Shown: positions 37,615 to 40,574 of the stretch, piece after piece
Numbering within the stretch: the stretch's first letter is position 1
How the letters are laid out: each line of letters opens with the position of its first letter
NCBI GenBank assembly: GCA_938044725.1
Contig: CALIOW010000258.1
Span: forward strand, 1 to 40,574
Reading direction: 5' to 3'
Length of the DNA stretch: 40,574 nucleotides
Origin: an uncultured Clostridia bacterium
GTDB taxonomy: Bacteria; Bacillota; Clostridia; UMGS1840
Position numbers and translations under genes: made by a program
Notes under the pieces: generated by a model
Database searches by the model: none
The model's input: only the letters and a program-made list of their open reading frames with translations
What the model was told of the DNA's origin: nothing

Positions 37615-37806
37615 TCACACCTCCAAATCCGCAAACTCTTTATCGGTCATACCGACCAATTTTGAAACAATATCTGCCGCCGTATCTTTCAAATCAGTGT
37701 CCTCAATATACGGGAGTGCTTCTTTGATTTTAATAATAAGCCCCACACGGTCAGCGGTATTATACATTCCGATTATGCTTTTTTCTTCGTCTGAAAATCG
37801 TGTCAT
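37615..37806 (-). CDS. Transposon-transfer assisting protein (TTRAP-like)
   Basis: 63 aa. MTRFSDEEKSIIGMY...ALPYIED fits that family pattern as I recall it. It is translationally coupled on both sides. Confidence 0.65.
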   Translation of the reverse strand: MTRFSDEEKSIIGMYNTADRVGLIIKIKEALPYIEDTDLKDTAADIVSKLVGMTDKEFADLEV

Positions 37807-39734
37807 AGTGATATGTCCTCCTTTTTCTTTGATTTCGCCGGCTTTTTCGGCGCTTTTTCAGTTTTGGCCTTTTCCTCTTTAAGCTGCTTACGGATAGAGG
37901 GCTTTTTATCTGTTTTCTGCGCCGTCTTTGCTTTCTGCTCTGATTCTGCCATAGTGGGCGTACCGATAAAATCCTCTTTTTGCGGCGGCTCCGGCAATTT
38001 AACCTCACCGAGAGCGGTATTCAGAGTTACTCTGCTGTTGTGAACATAATCGCACATTGCGCTGTAATACGCCTTATCCGTTTCGGAAACGGTTTTATCT
38101 TTCAATGCCATATTTGCCGTTTCCTCAATTTCAGACATACTGATATGCAGACGCAGATACGGAACAAAAAGGTTTAGTGCCGTATTTGCACTGTCCGTCA
38201 CTTCATCGACGCCCTTTTGTCCTGTTGCCTGCCGTACAGATTCCAAATACTCCGGCGTAAGACTTCCCTTGAAATGATTTTCTATATGATTGATAAGCCC
38301 GTTTTCACGGTCGCCTATATCGTATCTGCCTATATCGTATCTGCCTATATAATTATCACGCATACCGTTATACATATAATCAATGCGGAATTTTGTTTTA
38401 TCGTAGCCTTGATTTTCGGGATAGCTTTCGTCAAGATATGTAAAAAGTTTATCAGCCTTGTTAAGCGGCATTTTCTGTCCCGTTTCAAAATGCGGACTTT
38501 CCGACCACAAAATTGTAACTACCGGCTGTTTTGTGGGATTTAACATATCGAGAATTTCCGCATTAAGCCACTTTTTATAAATAACCGAATAATCAACCTG
38601 CATAAGCTCGGCAAGTTTTGAAAAACACCGTTCTCTGACTACTGTATCGTCAACTCCGATAATGCTGTAAAGGTCATTTGAGGAAAGCATATCATTGAGC
38701 TTTTGAAAAGAAACACCCGTGTAGATTTCATCTTTCATCTCGTCGTCCGAAAATTCCGCAGCGTACCAAGCGGAAATATCGGAATTTAAGTCAACGGATT
38801 TTTCTTTTTCAAGCTCCTTTAATTTTTCGGATATATCCGTAATCATTTCGTCCGCCGTAGTGCGTATCACTTCAAGCGACGCCTTTAATTCCTCCGTTTC
38901 CTTGCCGCTGCTCCAGCCTGCCACATAGCCGAAAGAGTAGTCGGAGGTATCAATCCCGAAATGCTGGCATACTGTATATGCAATGCTTTCCGCCTGCACT
39001 TCACGGGTGCGGTTATCCGGTCTGTCGTCCTCGATAACCTCATTTTCTTCATTTTCGGGAAGTGCGTGCAGCTTTGCGTGGGCGATTTCGTGAATGGCGG
39101 TTTTTATTGTCTGCATTTCCGATAAATCATCACGCACGGCAATTCTTTTTTCGGTCAGGTGATAATATCCGTTTGCCGCACGGTCTATCTTTTCAAGCTC
39201 AATGGGGACGGGGGATATTTCCTTTAACGCTTTGAAAAATTTTTCGTAGTCCTCAACATTGCCCGTAAGCTGATTCGCTATTGTGGGGATCTCTTTTCCG
39301 TCCGTCTGCGACAGGTCAAATACCGTTGTTATCTTAAATGCCGGAACGGTGATTGTTTTTGTAGTTGTTCTGTTGCTGCCGTCTGCGTTCAATATCGGAT
39401 TTCCGTTTTTATCGTGTGCTGTTTCCTCAATTTCTTTTTTGTACGGAGCAGGGGCAAGAATTTTGATACCCTTTTCGCCCTTTCTGACCGCACGCTTAAA
39501 TTCATTTTTCCAAGTGTTAAAACCGGCTATGTACGAAGCGTCCGGCTTCTGCATTAAAATCAATATTGTATTCCGAAAGCTGTAATTATGGAATTTTGAC
39601 ATTGCCGACAAATACTCTTTGTATCTGTCGCTGTTAAACAACTCCTTAATGCCTTGCTCCAATTTGTCGGTAATTTCCTTGACTTTCTCTTTTTGAGATT
39701 TGCCCGTAAATTCAATGGGCGTTACTTCTGACAT
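37803..39734 (-). CDS. Polyvalent protein: ArdC-N-like ssDNA-binding domain plus a zincin metallopeptidase motif (HEIAH) and a C-terminal extension
   Basis: YSFRNTILILMQ...GFNTW is an ArdC N-domain pattern, followed by HEIAHAKLH. The Lys-rich tail carries KKPSIRKQL. Confidence 0.75.
   Translation of the reverse strand: MSEVTPIEFTGKSQKEKVKEITDKLEQGIKELFNSDRYKEYLSAMSKFHNYSFRNTILILMQKPDASYIAGFNTWKNEFKRAVRKGEKGIKILAPAPYKKEIEETAHDKNGNPILNADGSNRTTTKTITVPAFKITTVFDLSQTDGKEIPTIANQLTGNVEDYEKFFKALKEISPVPIELEKIDRAANGYYHLTEKRIAVRDDLSEMQTIKTAIHEIAHAKLHALPENEENEVIEDDRPDNRTREVQAESIAYTVCQHFGIDTSDYSFGYVAGWSSGKETEELKASLEVIRTTADEMITDISEKLKELEKEKSVDLNSDISAWYAAEFSDDEMKDEIYTGVSFQKLNDMLSSNDLYSIIGVDDTVVRERCFSKLAELMQVDYSVIYKKWLNAEILDMLNPTKQPVVTILWSESPHFETGQKMPLNKADKLFTYLDESYPENQGYDKTKFRIDYMYNGMRDNYIGRYDIGRYDIGDRENGLINHIENHFKGSLTPEYLESVRQATGQKGVDEVTDSANTALNLFVPYLRLHISMSEIEETANMALKDKTVSETDKAYYSAMCDYVHNSRVTLNTALGEVKLPEPPQKEDFIGTPTMAESEQKAKTAQKTDKKPSIRKQLKEEKAKTEKAPKKPAKSKKKEDISL
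38313..38350. repeat. In-frame 15-bp tandem repeat (about 2.5 copies) inside the ArdC-like gene
   Basis: GCCTATATCGTATCT occurs twice, followed by GCCTATAT. It encodes IGRYD-IGRYD-IGD. Confidence 0.9.
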
Positions 39735-39737
39735 CTG

Positions 39738-40574
39738 TTACACCTCCAAATTCTTGTTTTTATCCGGCTTAAACGGATTTTCTCTTGTGCTGTCAAATTC
39801 ACGGTATCGCTCTGTAAGCTCGGTTATCATACTTTTAATGCCCTGCATAAATTCTTTCGGGCTTGATTCGCCTTTTGCAATCTCGGCAAGTTTATTTTCC
39901 CATTCCGCCGTGAGCTGTGCGGATATGAGAGTGTCGGGCAGAACGGAAACAAGCAGTATTCCGTTTTTGGTGGGCGTTATCTGCCGCCCGTTTCTCTGCA
40001 CAAATCCCGTTTGCACCAGCTTTTCCAAAATGGCGGCTCTGGTTGCCGGTGTTCCCAAACCTTTACGCTCTGCGCTGTGGGTGGTTTCTTTTGCACCCGC
40101 CGTTTCCATTGCAGATAACAACGTGTCCTCCGTGTACGGTTTCGGGGGTTGCGTATATTTTTCTTTAAGCTCCGGCGCTGCCCCTGCGAATAGCTGACCT
40201 TTATAGAATTTCACAAGCGGCGCTGATTCCGCATTATCCGTCTTTGGATATATCAGCTTTTCTATTGCACGAAATCCCTCCGAAACAATTTCTTTGCCCT
40301 TTGCCGTGAATGTATATCCGCCGCACTCAAACACAGCCGTAATATTTTCATACACATAGCTTTCCGCCGACGCTGAAATTATCCGGCATAAAACAAGTTT
40401 CAGGATATTCAGCTCGCCTGTCGGAAGTTCCGACAAATCCGCTTTTTCAATTTCAAGCGTGGGAATAATGGCGTGGTGGTCTGATACTTTGCTGTTATTT
40501 ATCATACGGGATATTTCGGGAAAGAAATCGGGTGCTTTGTCAAACGGCGGTATATCCGCACCAAGACGAATAAC
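39738..40574 (-). CDS. topB: DNA topoisomerase III (type IA), C-terminal part; the 5' end lies beyond the window
   Basis: The frame is open to base 40574 (VIRLGADIPPFDKAPDFFPEISRMINNSKVSDHHAIIPT). DHHAIIPT is the conserved type IA motif. Confidence 0.8.
   Translation of the reverse strand, partial: VIRLGADIPPFDKAPDFFPEISRMINNSKVSDHHAIIPTLEIEKADLSELPTGELNILKLVLCRIISASAESYVYENITAVFECGGYTFTAKGKEIVSEGFRAIEKLIYPKTDNAESAPLVKFYKGQLFAGAAPELKEKYTQPPKPYTEDTLLSAMETAGAKETTHSAERKGLGTPATRAAILEKLVQTGFVQRNGRQITPTKNGILLVSVLPDTLISAQLTAEWENKLAEIAKGESSPKEFMQGIKSMITELTERYREFDSTRENPFKPDKNKNLEV

Larger units (their letters stand above)
23873..40574. mobile_element. Left arm of an integrated conjugative/mobilisable element (Tn916/Tn1549-style modules with a large serine recombinase); continues past the window edge
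   Basis: A contiguous block of recombinase, TnpW-like, orf7/orf8-like, KTR, XRE, cargo, MobC, relaxase, ArdA, TTRAP, ArdC-like and TopB genes. The left boundary is inferred only from the switch from core genes and tRNA to the recombinase; no att site was identified. Confidence 0.8.

Overview
This looks like a low-GC Firmicutes (Clostridia-like) chromosome spanning the replication origin, with one arm of an integrated conjugative element. Bases 1 to about 23870 are core genome. They carry a gene 3' fragment, clpB, an RHH-domain protein, an unannotated 42-aa Q/N-rich ORF, trkA-trkH-tatD and a TIM-barrel sugar-phosphate isomerase. A long minus-strand gene string follows: dnaG-sigA-thrS-era-MTHFS-CPBP protease-mltG. 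On the plus strand come parS-soj-spo0J-serS-dnaA-[oriC]-dnaN-copZ-hypothetical-tRNA-Leu(UAG). From about 23873 to the window edge is a Tn916/Tn1549-style element that continues beyond the window. It encodes a large serine recombinase, an unannotated TnpW-like ORF, orf7/orf8-like sigma and HTH regulators, a Cys-rich KTR protein and an XRE regulator. Its cargo is a LanFEG-type ABC immunity transporter with an OmpR-type two-component system. It also carries MobC plus relaxase, a secreted/membrane protein pair, a Cys-rich VLP protein, ArdA-YodL and ArdC-like polyvalent proteins, TTRAP and a 5'-truncated topoisomerase III. I found no CRISPR array, rRNA or classical defence operon. The best candidates for something undescribed are regulatory. 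(1) A 22-bp direct-repeat element occurs twice and appears to wire the two-component system to a distant secreted/membrane gene pair. (2) A different 11-bp-phased triple repeat sits at the lanFEG promoter. (3) A 447-bp non-coding gap lies upstream of the recombinase module. (4) An attenuator-like leader precedes the sigma-like regulator. All functional calls come from reading motifs by eye; no searches were run.
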